DNA of 64,000 bases from Candidatus Woesearchaeota archaeon (GTDB taxonomy: Archaea > Nanobdellota > Nanobdellia > Pacearchaeales > GW2011-AR1), in contig CAYURQ010000001.1 in the NCBI GenBank assembly GCA_964447315.1, forward strand, positions 27,351-91,350. Reading direction: 5' to 3'. The position numbers and the translations under genes are program-made. This document shows positions 46,276 through 55,321 of this stretch, piece by piece. Positions within the stretch are counted from its first letter, which is position 1. Each line of letters begins with the position of its first letter. The notes beneath the pieces were generated by a model. It ran no database searches and was not told where the DNA came from. It saw only the letters and a program-made list of their open reading frames with translations.

Positions 46276-46413
46276 TTATTTTTTCTTAGGCTTATTCCAA
46301 TAAGGACTTTTACATTTAGGGCAAACCATAGGCAACTCATTAGAACGAGTTATCCAAGAATGATTACATCTCTCACATTTACATTCAAAAACCTTAATCT
46401 CTTTCTTAGACAT
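46276..46413 (-). CDS. small zinc-ribbon protein (45 aa, absent from the ORF track)
   Basis: My translation is 'MSKKEIKVFECKCERCNHSWITRSNELPMVCPKCKSPYWNKPKKK'. It has two CxxC pairs and is coupled to the downstream gene ('TAAAATG'). Confidence 0.6.
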   Translation of the reverse strand: MSKKEIKVFECKCERCNHSWITRSNELPMVCPKCKSPYWNKPKKK

Positions 46414-46503
46414 AATTATCAAAACCATTCCAAGTTTAAATGTATTACTATGATAATATACTCACATAAATTTATAAACTATATATATCTATAATATATT
46501 ACT

Positions 46504-46689
46504 ATGAGTAACTACAAACCCAAAACAAGATATTGTTCTAAGTGCCTTCAGAGTATAGATGAAACCAAAGATGATTATGTTATGTTAATTAGTAAAACAG
46601 GGCAAAAAATTAAAGAATTTTTTATTTTCCATAGGGGGTGTTGGTTGGAGCATTTTAGGGAGTATTATCAATTAAACAAAAAGAAATAA
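46504..46689 (+). CDS. small zinc-finger-like protein (61 aa) whose 3' end is the G-rich repeat
   Basis: 'CSKC'...'HRGC' ligand pairs. The TATA-like 'aaatttataaact' (46468-46480) is about 26-30 nt before the ATG. The 3' third equals repeat subfamily 1. Confidence 0.5.
   Translation: MSNYKPKTRYCSKCLQSIDETKDDYVMLISKTGQKIKEFFIFHRGCWLEHFREYYQLNKKK
46609..46655 (+). repeat. 47-nt exact direct repeat (right copy), inside CDS 46504..46689
   Basis: Identical to 41468..41514. It encodes 'IKEFFIFHRGCWLEH'. Confidence 0.85.
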
Positions 46690-46718
46690 TTTAAATAGAA
46701 TATTTAGTATCTCTTATT

Positions 46719-47783
46719 ATGGCTAGCATGATTAAAAATAGTACAATTGTTGTTGCTGGAATAATAATCAGTAATTTATTGGCTTATGTATTTCACATTT
46801 ATGTTGGTAGGAGTTTAGGTCCTGCTGAATATGGGGTTTTTGGTGTATTAATGGCATTGCTTACAATAATCTCCTTGCCTGCAGGAGCAATAAGCAGTTC
46901 TTCTACAAAATATATTGCTAAATATAATGTTCAAAAAAAACAAGGGCAAATTGGATTATTAAGAAGAAATTTAAGTATAAAGATAATAACTTATTCCCTA
47001 ATAGTTTTTCTATTAATAATCCTATTAAGTAAACCAATTGCTAATTATCTTAATATAGAATCACAGATTTCAGTTGTTATTGTTGGATTAGCTTCTATTT
47101 TTGCATTAATGCTTCCTATTAATAGAGGAGTTTTACAAGGAATGAAGAAGTTTAAAGCTTATAGCATGAATACAATATTAGAATCAACAATAAGATTAGT
47201 TTTAGTGGTGTTATTTATTTACGCTGGATTAAAATCAGAAGGAGCAATATTAGCTTATGGATTAGCATACTTTTTTGCATTCTTGCTAATCTTTCCATTA
47301 ACAAAAGAAGTAAATTCTCATGACAAAAATGAAAAACTTATTTCTCCTAATTTCTTGAAATTTGCAATCTTGGTTTTAATAGTGAATTTAATAATACAAG
47401 GAATAATTAATATCCCCACAATATTTATTAAACATTATTTAACAGCAGAGTTTACAGGATTATGGACAGCAGCATTAACTTTAGCTAGAATTAGCTTATT
47501 TGTGGTTGGAGGAATAATTTTAGTTATGTTTCCAGAAGTAGCTGAAAAATCAAACCATAAAGATAAAAGAGCTGTGTTAAAGAAGGCATTCATATTAACA
47601 CTTATCTGCTCATTTGGCATTGCATTAATTTTCTGGATAATTCCTGAACCATTTATTAATATTTTATATGGCTCAGAATTCCTTGGAGCAGTTCCAATAT
47701 TAAAATGGATGAGTATTGCAATGATTGGAATAGCCTCACTTCAGCTTAGTTTGAATTATTGGTTGGCGGGGAAGAAAGAATAA
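46719..47783 (+). CDS. oligosaccharide flippase (Wzx/MOP family), short form
   Basis: N-terminus 'IKNSTIVVAGIIISNLLAYVFHIYVGRSLGPAEYGVFG' is typical of polysaccharide-biosynthesis flippases. About 10 TM segments. Confidence 0.65.
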   Translation: MASMIKNSTIVVAGIIISNLLAYVFHIYVGRSLGPAEYGVFGVLMALLTIISLPAGAISSSSTKYIAKYNVQKKQGQIGLLRRNLSIKIITYSLIVFLLIILLSKPIANYLNIESQISVVIVGLASIFALMLPINRGVLQGMKKFKAYSMNTILESTIRLVLVVLFIYAGLKSEGAILAYGLAYFFAFLLIFPLTKEVNSHDKNEKLISPNFLKFAILVLIVNLIIQGIINIPTIFIKHYLTAEFTGLWTAALTLARISLFVVGGIILVMFPEVAEKSNHKDKRAVLKKAFILTLICSFGIALIFWIIPEPFINILYGSEFLGAVPILKWMSIAMIGIASLQLSLNYWLAGKKE

Positions 47784-47824
47784 AAAACAAAAATTTTAAA
47801 TAAACTTAATAATTCTAAAAAAAA

Positions 47825-48547
47825 ATGGTTAAGAAGATATTAGATTTTGGATGTGGGAAAGGAATAATAAGCAATTACCTAACTAAAAAAAATAAAAATT
47901 CCTATATATATGGAATAGACATCTCTAAAGAAAACATTAAAGAATGTAAAAAAAATAAAATATCAGAAAACCAATATTTTAAAATTAACGTAGGCAATAA
48001 AACTCATTTCAAAGATGATTATTTTGATGAAGTACATTGTTATGAAGTTTTAGAACATGTAAAAAATGTAAAAAAAACTTTATCTGAAATAAAGAGAGTA
48101 TTAAAAAATGGTGGGAGATTATATTTGTCGGTTCCTTTAGAAAAGAGTGAAAAGATACTCCAAAAGTATAATAAAAAATATATGAATCAAATAGGCCACA
48201 AGAGAACCTTCAGTAAAAATAAAATAATTCAAACACTAAACGAAAGAGATTTTGCGATAATCAATTACAAGCAAATTAACTCTATAAAACATTTATATTG
48301 GAGATTTCTTTTTAGGAATAAAATAGAAATATTGGACCAAAATGCAAAAATCAAATCAAAAAAATTAGCATTTTTTAAGTTAATCAATGTATTTCTTTCT
48401 AGAGGGTCCTATGCTCTTTATCTTGGAGAAAAATCTCAAAAAAGATTCATTTATTTAATTTGTATTCTTGGAACGCCTTTTGGAATTATTTTAGATTTAT
48501 TTTTAATAAAAAAACAACAAAAAATAACATCCATAAATATAAAGTAG
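47825..48547 (+). CDS. class I SAM-dependent methyltransferase
   Basis: Motif I 'ILDFGCGKG' and the post-I/II blocks 'FDEVHCYEVLEHV' and 'LKNGGRLYLSVP'. Confidence 0.8.
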   Translation: MVKKILDFGCGKGIISNYLTKKNKNSYIYGIDISKENIKECKKNKISENQYFKINVGNKTHFKDDYFDEVHCYEVLEHVKNVKKTLSEIKRVLKNGGRLYLSVPLEKSEKILQKYNKKYMNQIGHKRTFSKNKIIQTLNERDFAIINYKQINSIKHLYWRFLFRNKIEILDQNAKIKSKKLAFFKLINVFLSRGSYALYLGEKSQKRFIYLICILGTPFGIILDLFLIKKQQKITSINIK

Positions 48548-48560
48548 AGTTTAGACTAAT

Positions 48561-50684
48561 TTAAATTTCAAAAGGAACTCCTGGTTCTGGATTTACTCCA
48601 AAGATATAAATTTCATTCTCAGAATCTTCATAAATTTTTTTAAAATATTCTTTGTCTTCAAATTTATCCATAACCCCCACGTATGATTTAATATCATACT
48701 TTGTTGTTATTATTATCTTTTTTGAATTTATTACTTTCTCCTCCATAGCATCACATCTTCCATCCCTATAAAGATACTGATGAGGATTTATTCCGCAAAA
48801 ATAAAATGTGCAAGAACCAGATTCATTATTTGAAAGATTTTTAATTTTTTCATATGCTGTATATGAATCATTTAGTAAAAATATTTCTTTTATACAATCA
48901 GGGGTTTCAAATGGGTCCTCTGTAGAGTTTCTTGCAAAAACGTGGTAACTTCTACTTCTTTGGGCTATTCCTCTATAATCCCAATCTAAAGAAAGAGAAA
49001 TAATTTGATTGTCAAATGTATCTTCTCTGTCCAAGCTATCAGAAGCTAGATTAAAATACTCCGGAGAGCAAGAAAAAATATTCCTTTCTTCATTTGAATT
49101 ATTAAGTTGAATATACGAATTACTAAAGATTAAAAATGAAATTAAAACTATGAAAATTACTTTAATAAATATTCTTTTTCTGAAAAATAAATTGAGAACA
49201 TTAAATAATCCAAAAGCAGAGATTATAGCTACTAAAGGATTTAAATAACCTATCAATCTGTTCATCATAGGAAATGGAAGGAATAATAAAAAAATTCCTA
49301 TAAGAGTTATAAAAAATATTGATCCGTATTTTTGATTATTTTTATTTTTCATAAGTGAGAATAATCCTATAAAAAAGAATATAATAATAGAAAGATTATA
49401 CATATTCATAAAGGAATTAATAATATTTATTAATCCATCAACTTTCAAATCCCAATTTTCGGACCAAAGAAATAATAATTTTGGATTCCAAAATAAAGAA
49501 ATTAAAAACAAAAATAATGTAGAAATTGATAAAATAATTATGATTACCTTTTTTAGCTTCTCATTATTAGATATGAACCTTTCATAGATTAAATAAGAAA
49601 AAATAAAAATTGCGATTAAAGATCCCATCAGTGTGTGAACTAAAATACCAAGATAAATTATGGGTAGAGATAGAAACAAGTATCTTCTAATATTTTTCTT
49701 AAATAAAAATCGCATTAAAGGGAGGGAGATAATTAAAAATAAGGGCAAGATTATTCCTATGGAGTCTACAAAAGAAAATACCCTTTGAGAAGAATAAGTT
49801 AAATACAATAATAAAAAGAAAAATAGTGTAAAAGTAAATAACAAAATTAAAAATTTTGAAAAGTCAGATTTATTCAAATTCTTAAGATTTTCATTTTCAC
49901 ATACATTATAAAAATAGGAAAGAATTATAGGAAATAGTACCAATATGATTGTTCTTGGAGAAATTTCATATAGTGATATTGGAACAAAATTATATGTTAA
50001 AGTAAAAATTCCTATAAGTGAGGATATCAAAGAAATTCCTTTATTTTTAGTAAAAAGATATGAAAGATTGTATATTCCAAAAGAATATGTGGCGAATAAG
50101 AGAATTTCTAAACAAAAAAGCAAAATATTCTCATATCCTATTAAATTAGAAAAGAAAATTCCAAATGAAGTTAAAAGATGTATACTATTTAGATAGTCTC
50201 CATTGAAATAGAAAAAATTATCTAAAGTTATAAGATTAATTATGTGTCTATGAGTGTTACTATCACATCCAGATAGAATTCCCACCTTAGTAAATCCCAG
50301 GATTAATATAAATGCTACCAAACCTATAAAAACGGATAAGAAAATAGGAGAAATTTTTAATGAAATATTAAACTTTCTATTTAAAATATCTTCTTTAGAT
50401 TTAATAATTGTTCCTAATATAGAGAATAATAATATTAAAATTGAATAAAAAGTAAGATTAAATATTTTAAAGTAATTCATTAAATATCCTAAAACTACTA
50501 AAAAAGTAAACCCAATGCTCCAGTATAAAATAAATTTATTAAAGAAGCTAATCTTTTCTAATTTCAAAGATAATAACCTTATTAATCCAAAAGTTATCGA
50601 ACTACCCACTAAATAAGGAACTATTAGAAATACTGGCAAAACAAATATTGCTTTTAGGATATTATGTATCTGGATGGCATTCAA
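48561..50684 (-). CDS. large polytopic membrane protein with C-terminal soluble domain; possible divergent GT-C/oligosaccharyltransferase
   Basis: More than 12 TM segments, then 'SLDWDYRGIA', which is reminiscent of the STT3/AglB 'WWDYG' motif. Pattern level only. Confidence 0.35.
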   Translation of the reverse strand: MNAIQIHNILKAIFVLPVFLIVPYLVGSSITFGLIRLLSLKLEKISFFNKFILYWSIGFTFLVVLGYLMNYFKIFNLTFYSILILLFSILGTIIKSKEDILNRKFNISLKISPIFLSVFIGLVAFILILGFTKVGILSGCDSNTHRHIINLITLDNFFYFNGDYLNSIHLLTSFGIFFSNLIGYENILLFCLEILLFATYSFGIYNLSYLFTKNKGISLISSLIGIFTLTYNFVPISLYEISPRTIILVLFPIILSYFYNVCENENLKNLNKSDFSKFLILLFTFTLFFFLLLYLTYSSQRVFSFVDSIGIILPLFLIISLPLMRFLFKKNIRRYLFLSLPIIYLGILVHTLMGSLIAIFIFSYLIYERFISNNEKLKKVIIIILSISTLFLFLISLFWNPKLLFLWSENWDLKVDGLINIINSFMNMYNLSIIIFFFIGLFSLMKNKNNQKYGSIFFITLIGIFLLFLPFPMMNRLIGYLNPLVAIISAFGLFNVLNLFFRKRIFIKVIFIVLISFLIFSNSYIQLNNSNEERNIFSCSPEYFNLASDSLDREDTFDNQIISLSLDWDYRGIAQRSRSYHVFARNSTEDPFETPDCIKEIFLLNDSYTAYEKIKNLSNNESGSCTFYFCGINPHQYLYRDGRCDAMEEKVINSKKIIITTKYDIKSYVGVMDKFEDKEYFKKIYEDSENEIYIFGVNPEPGVPFEI

Positions 50685-50764
50685 TATAAAAAATGCCTAC
50701 ATCAAATATATTAAAAAAATTGTTTCTAAAGAAAATATTTTACTCTTAAATTTCATTTTAATAA

Positions 50765-51805
50765 TCACACCATATTTATTACAGATTTAATTGTTTCCTT
50801 TATGCTTTTAAAAAACCCAAGAGATATTCCTTTTTTATAAATTTCTTTGTCAGAAAATATTCTTTTTGATTGTATTTTCTTTCTTTCTATCTTATTCTTC
50901 TTAAGATCTCTAAAAAAAGAAAAGTTTGCCTTACATATTGAAAAAGCATTAGAAAATTTTCCTTTAAAGCAAAATAAAACTATTGATCCAAAACTATATA
51001 TTAGAGAATAGAAAAATATATTTGAGAACACAGAAATTTTTTTCTGAGGATATTTAAAAAGATTAGACAATCTGTTTTTCCATAAGTTAAATAAATAAAA
51101 ATCTGAACGTTCGCTTTTTTTTGAAGATCCCCTTACTTTATGCCAATAAATAGAAGATGGAATTGAAATTATATTATATCCTTTAGTCCAAGCATTCCAT
51201 CCTAAAGACATATCTTCACCATACATAAAGTAATTCTCATCAAAACCTTTTAACTTTAGAAAGATAGTTTTTTTTATGAACATTCCTGCTCCTGAAGGGT
51301 GGAATGTAAATTTTATTTCTTTATCCATCTTATAAATTTTTTTTCCAGAATCTTCTGAAATAAAAGATCCAAATGAAGTTTTTTTTAGATTATTCACTAA
51401 AACTTTATCTTTATTATAATAATCTAACATCAAAGAGGATCCGATAAATAATTTTTTTTCTAGCAAAACATTTATTGCCCCAGAAACCCAATCTTTATCT
51501 ACGGAAGTATCTGAATTAAGAAATGCTAAATATTCTCCTTTAGCAAATCTTGCTCCCTTATTATTTCCTCTTGCAAAACCATAATTTTTCTTAAGTTCCA
51601 ATATTTTTATCCAAGGATATTTATTTTTTGTGTATTCAACAGAATTATCTTGAGAATTATTATCAACCATGATAACTTCATAATTGGATTTTGGATAATT
51701 TATTTTCTTTAGAGAATCAAAACATTCTTTGATATGTTGTTTTCCATTATAATTAAGAACAATTATGCTTACTTTAGGGTAATTTATTTTACTTTTTCTT
51801 TTCAT
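50765..51805 (-). CDS. family 2 glycosyltransferase
   Basis: 'VSIIVLNYNG......C..SL....YP..EVIMVDNNSQDNS' and 'FLNSD' are GT2 motifs. Confidence 0.85.
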   Translation of the reverse strand: MKRKSKINYPKVSIIVLNYNGKQHIKECFDSLKKINYPKSNYEVIMVDNNSQDNSVEYTKNKYPWIKILELKKNYGFARGNNKGARFAKGEYLAFLNSDTSVDKDWVSGAINVLLEKKLFIGSSLMLDYYNKDKVLVNNLKKTSFGSFISEDSGKKIYKMDKEIKFTFHPSGAGMFIKKTIFLKLKGFDENYFMYGEDMSLGWNAWTKGYNIISIPSSIYWHKVRGSSKKSERSDFYLFNLWKNRLSNLFKYPQKKISVFSNIFFYSLIYSFGSIVLFCFKGKFSNAFSICKANFSFFRDLKKNKIERKKIQSKRIFSDKEIYKKGISLGFFKSIKETIKSVINMV

Positions 51806-52988
51806 ATATCTCTTTCATTTTCTCATTTATTTTCTTTGCTATTTTCTCTCTATTAAAATTTTCCTCTGCAAATTTTCTTCCTTCTACTGACATTTCTTTG
51901 ATTTGAATTTCTTTTAAATTATTAATTACATTTGCTAATTCTTTAGGGTTATTTTTGCAAAGGATTCCTGATTTTGATTCATTTATAACATTTTTTATTT
52001 CTCCTTTTCCTGTAGCTATAAATGGTAACCCACAAGACATATACTCATAAACTTTTGTTGGAACAGCATAAACTAAAGAAGGAAGATCTGCTAAAGGGGC
52101 AAATCCAATAAGAGATTTATTTAATATCTCTGGTATTTTTTCTCTTGGAATTGATTCTTTTATTTTTACTTTATTTTCTAATTTTAAATCTTTTATTAAA
52201 TTCTTTAATTTTTCTTTTTCTTCTCCATCACCTACAATTAGCAATTTATAATCTTTAATTTCCTTCATAGCTAAAATTATGTTCTCTATTTTTTGGGCAT
52301 AACCCAATCTACCTGTATAAATAATTATTTTTTCTTTATTAATTTTTAATTCTGGTTTAAATAAATCCATATCAGAACCATTATAAATTACTTCTATTTT
52401 CTTAGAATCCAAATAAGGATGGCTTTTTAACAATAAACTTTTTTGTTTTTTAGAAGTAACTCTTGTAAATTTAGACTTTGATATTAGAAATTTTTCAATC
52501 CATCTTGAAAATTTTTCATTAAAACTTCCTTTTTTTATAAAACCTAAATCTATTCCTGCATCAATCCACAAGTCTCCATAATCTAAAATTGTATCCGTTC
52601 CTTTTATTTTATTAATATATCCTACAAATCCTGTAAACAATGGAGGGGCTATAGCTATGCAAAAATTATATTTTTTTAAAAACAATAAAGAATAAAATGT
52701 TGTGTTAAAAGGGAAGATAAGGTAATAAAGTAATCTTGAGAAAAAAGAAGGTTCTTGTTTTTTTGGTTGCCACGTCCAAATACTAAAAACATTGAACCCA
52801 TATTTTTCTTTCCTTTTATCTATAAAATTCCATTTCCTTTTATATTTCCCAAAAGGATAAGTTGGGTGAGGACAAAAAACATCTACATCATTTCCCAATT
52901 TTGATAAATATTTTGCTAAATCATAAGCTCTAGATGCTCCCCCTCCAAGTTCTGGAGAAAAATTTTGAGAAAGAATCATTATTCTCAT
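51789..52988 (-). CDS. family 4 (GT-B) glycosyltransferase
   Basis: C-terminal 'PTKVYEYMSCGLPFIAT..GE....I.....G' is the E-x7-E region. GT-B length. Confidence 0.8.
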   Translation of the reverse strand: MRIMILSQNFSPELGGGASRAYDLAKYLSKLGNDVDVFCPHPTYPFGKYKRKWNFIDKRKEKYGFNVFSIWTWQPKKQEPSFFSRLLYYLIFPFNTTFYSLLFLKKYNFCIAIAPPLFTGFVGYINKIKGTDTILDYGDLWIDAGIDLGFIKKGSFNEKFSRWIEKFLISKSKFTRVTSKKQKSLLLKSHPYLDSKKIEVIYNGSDMDLFKPELKINKEKIIIYTGRLGYAQKIENIILAMKEIKDYKLLIVGDGEEKEKLKNLIKDLKLENKVKIKESIPREKIPEILNKSLIGFAPLADLPSLVYAVPTKVYEYMSCGLPFIATGKGEIKNVINESKSGILCKNNPKELANVINNLKEIQIKEMSVEGRKFAEENFNREKIAKKINEKMKEIYEKKK

Positions 52989-54070
52989 TTTATCAAAACC
53001 TCCACAATCCTTTTAGAAGTATTTCCATCCCAAAATTCTGGAATTTTTCCTTTTTTGTTTTTTCCTTCTAGAATGTCATTCACAGAGGAAATTATCAATG
53101 ATTTATCTAATCCCGTTAGAATATTCGTTCCTTCTTCTATTGTTATTGGTCTTTCGGTATTTTCTCTTAAGGTTATACAAGGAACACCAAGATAAGTTGT
53201 TTCTTCTTGTATACCTCCTGAATCTGTTAAAATAAGTTTTGAATTTACTACAAGATTCATAAAATTTAGATAATCTAAGGGTTCTGTTATAATTAAATTC
53301 TTCATCTCTTCTAATTCTTTATTCAAACTAAATTTTTCAATATTATTTTTTGTTCTTGGATGTATTGGAAATATTAATTTCTTGTTTTCCTGGACTTTTT
53401 TAATTATATTTAAAAGATTTGATAGGCTTTCCTTATTGTCTACATTACTCGGCCTATGAAGTGTTAATAGTATGTAGTCTTTTTCTTTTAATTTATATTT
53501 TTTGAAAGTATCTTTTTTATTTATCTTATCTAAAAGAAATTTTAAAGTATCAATCATCACATTACCAACAAAAAATATATTTTCTTCTGAAAAGCCTTCT
53601 TTTTTTAAATTTTCTATTCCTGATTTTTCTGTTATAAATAGGTAATTAGATATTCTATCTGTTAATATCCTATTTATTTCTTCCGGCATATTTTTATCAA
53701 AACTTCTCAATCCTGCTTCGACATGAGCAACTTTTATTCCTAATTTTACAGCTACTAAAGAACAAGCAATTGTTGAATTAACATCTCCAACAACTAAAAC
53801 TAAATCTGGTTTTTCTTTGATACAAATCTTTTCAAACTCAATCATTATCTTAGCTGTTTGTTCTGTATGGCTTCCACTTCCAACACCTAAATTATAATCT
53901 GGTTTTGGAATTTCTAAATCTATAAAAAAACTCTCACTCATATTTTTATCATAGTGTTGTCCTGTATGAACCAAAATAGGTTTTATATTAGAATGATTCT
54001 TATATTCTCTCATTAATGGAGCAATCTTCATAAAATTTGGTCTAGCTCCAACGACATTAATAATTTTCAT
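52985..54070 (-). CDS. wecB: UDP-N-acetylglucosamine 2-epimerase (non-hydrolysing)
   Basis: 'GARPNFMKIAPL', 'HTGQHYD', 'GSGSHTEQTA', 'VEAGLRS' and 'TDSGGIQEE' are WecB blocks. Confidence 0.9.
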   Translation of the reverse strand: MKIINVVGARPNFMKIAPLMREYKNHSNIKPILVHTGQHYDKNMSESFFIDLEIPKPDYNLGVGSGSHTEQTAKIMIEFEKICIKEKPDLVLVVGDVNSTIACSLVAVKLGIKVAHVEAGLRSFDKNMPEEINRILTDRISNYLFITEKSGIENLKKEGFSEENIFFVGNVMIDTLKFLLDKINKKDTFKKYKLKEKDYILLTLHRPSNVDNKESLSNLLNIIKKVQENKKLIFPIHPRTKNNIEKFSLNKELEEMKNLIITEPLDYLNFMNLVVNSKLILTDSGGIQEETTYLGVPCITLRENTERPITIEEGTNILTGLDKSLIISSVNDILEGKNKKGKIPEFWDGNTSKRIVEVLIK

Positions 54071-54073
54071 CCC

Positions 54074-54469
54074 TTAAATCCTCCGGGATTTCTTTTTTTC
54101 TTGCTTTTGTTCTTGCTTTTGCTCTTTTTTTTGTTTCTCTAACTCCAAAGGTTTCAATGCAACAATCCTGGTTAATTTTTCTAATCTGTCTTCTGTTTTT
54201 CTGTTTCGTATTGTTAAATAAAAAATAACTATGAACAAAAACATAAATGCTAAAATCATGTATAAATCCATTACACGAATTATGTTTAATGGGTCAAGTA
54301 TTTTGTTAACTTGATTGTGGAGAACCACTAAGAGTATTCCTATAAACCAAATAATATTCCAAAACCATAATCCAACTTTTGTTAAACTTTTTCTTTGATA
54401 TTGCAACATTGTAAAGTAAAACATTGCTAAGATGAATACAATCCCTATAACTTCAAATGCATATACCAT
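54074..54469 (-). CDS. DUF2304-like small membrane protein (GT2-associated)
   Basis: Four TM segments plus a charged coiled tail. It is coupled between wecB and a GT2 gene, as is typical for this family. Confidence 0.5.
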   Translation of the reverse strand: MVYAFEVIGIVFILAMFYFTMLQYQRKSLTKVGLWFWNIIWFIGILLVVLHNQVNKILDPLNIIRVMDLYMILAFMFLFIVIFYLTIRNRKTEDRLEKLTRIVALKPLELEKQKKEQKQEQKQEKKKSRRI

Positions 54470-54491
54470 TTTATTTTATTTATTATTTTAT

Positions 54492-55184
54492 TTATTTGTT
54501 GAACTTTAAATTTAACATTTTATTTGCTATTTTAATACCATCTATGATGGTTGTTCCTTTTTGATTTTCAAAGTAAATTGTTCTTACTTCTTGAGGAACA
54601 TATCTTATTTTATGTGTTTCAGCATTTATTAACATTTCTGAAGCAACTGCATAATCTCTTGATTTCCATCTTATTTTTCTATATGCATCTGCTGTAAATA
54701 ATCTATATCCTGTTTGAGTATCTCTTACTTTAATTCCAAAAATATATTTTGAAAATACATTAAAGAATTTATTACCCATTTTCTTTACAAAAGGCATTGT
54801 TTTATTAAATGGCCTTTCTCCAAAAACAGCATCACATTTATTTTTTATTAGTGCATTAATTAACTTTGGTATTTCATGAGGGTCGTGCTGTCCATCTCCA
54901 TCTAATGTTATTAATATGTCTGCTCCAAGAATTAAACCAGCATCACATCCTGTTTTAAGTGTTCCACCTAAACCTAAATTTATCTCATGTCGGAGAGCAA
55001 TTGCTCCTGCTTTTCTTGCTAATTCTTGTGTATTGTCAGTGCTTGCATCATCCACAACAATTACTTTGTCAACATACTTTTTTGTGTCTTCAACAACTTT
55101 GCTAATATATTTAGATTCATTATGTGCAGGAATAACAGCAATTATTGTTTTCCCATTCATACCATTATATTGTTTTCTTATCAT
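54492..55184 (-). CDS. family 2 glycosyltransferase, polyprenyl-phosphate sugar synthase-like
   Basis: 'AVIPAHNES..I..VV......VDKVIVVDDASTDNT', 'LDGDGQHDP' and 'DTQTGYR'. Confidence 0.85.
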   Translation of the reverse strand: MIRKQYNGMNGKTIIAVIPAHNESKYISKVVEDTKKYVDKVIVVDDASTDNTQELARKAGAIALRHEINLGLGGTLKTGCDAGLILGADILITLDGDGQHDPHEIPKLINALIKNKCDAVFGERPFNKTMPFVKKMGNKFFNVFSKYIFGIKVRDTQTGYRLFTADAYRKIRWKSRDYAVASEMLINAETHKIRYVPQEVRTIYFENQKGTTIIDGIKIANKMLNLKFNK

Positions 55185-55189
55185 TTAAA

Positions 55190-55320
55190 TTTATCCTTTG
55201 ATTTAGTTTGTTTATTATTTATCCTTTGATTTAGTTTGTTTGGTTTGTTTAGTTTCTTTATCTTTTATCATGTTTTTGTTTGGGTTGTTTGGTTGTTTGG
55301 TTTGTTTAGTTTGTTTATCA
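55190..55320. repeat. low-complexity T/G-rich tandem repeats in an intergenic region
   Basis: 'tttatcctttgatttagtttgttt' occurs twice (starts 55190 and 55218, period 28). It is followed by 'ggtttgtttagttt' variants up to 55320. Confidence 0.7.
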
Positions 55321-55321
55321 T

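Noticed and set aside
46162-46494. A 110-aa + strand ORF in the region between 45132..46340 and 46504.
   Set aside because: Its translation is featureless. The opposite strand encodes a convincing 45-aa double-CxxC zinc ribbon that is coupled to the downstream gene.
27801-46667. Integron-like cassette array, with the G-rich elements acting as attC sites.
   Set aside because: The elements are not imperfect palindromes like attC. The cassettes are in both orientations with their own promoters. No IntI-like tyrosine recombinase is present in the window. The idea cannot be fully excluded without the rest of the genome.
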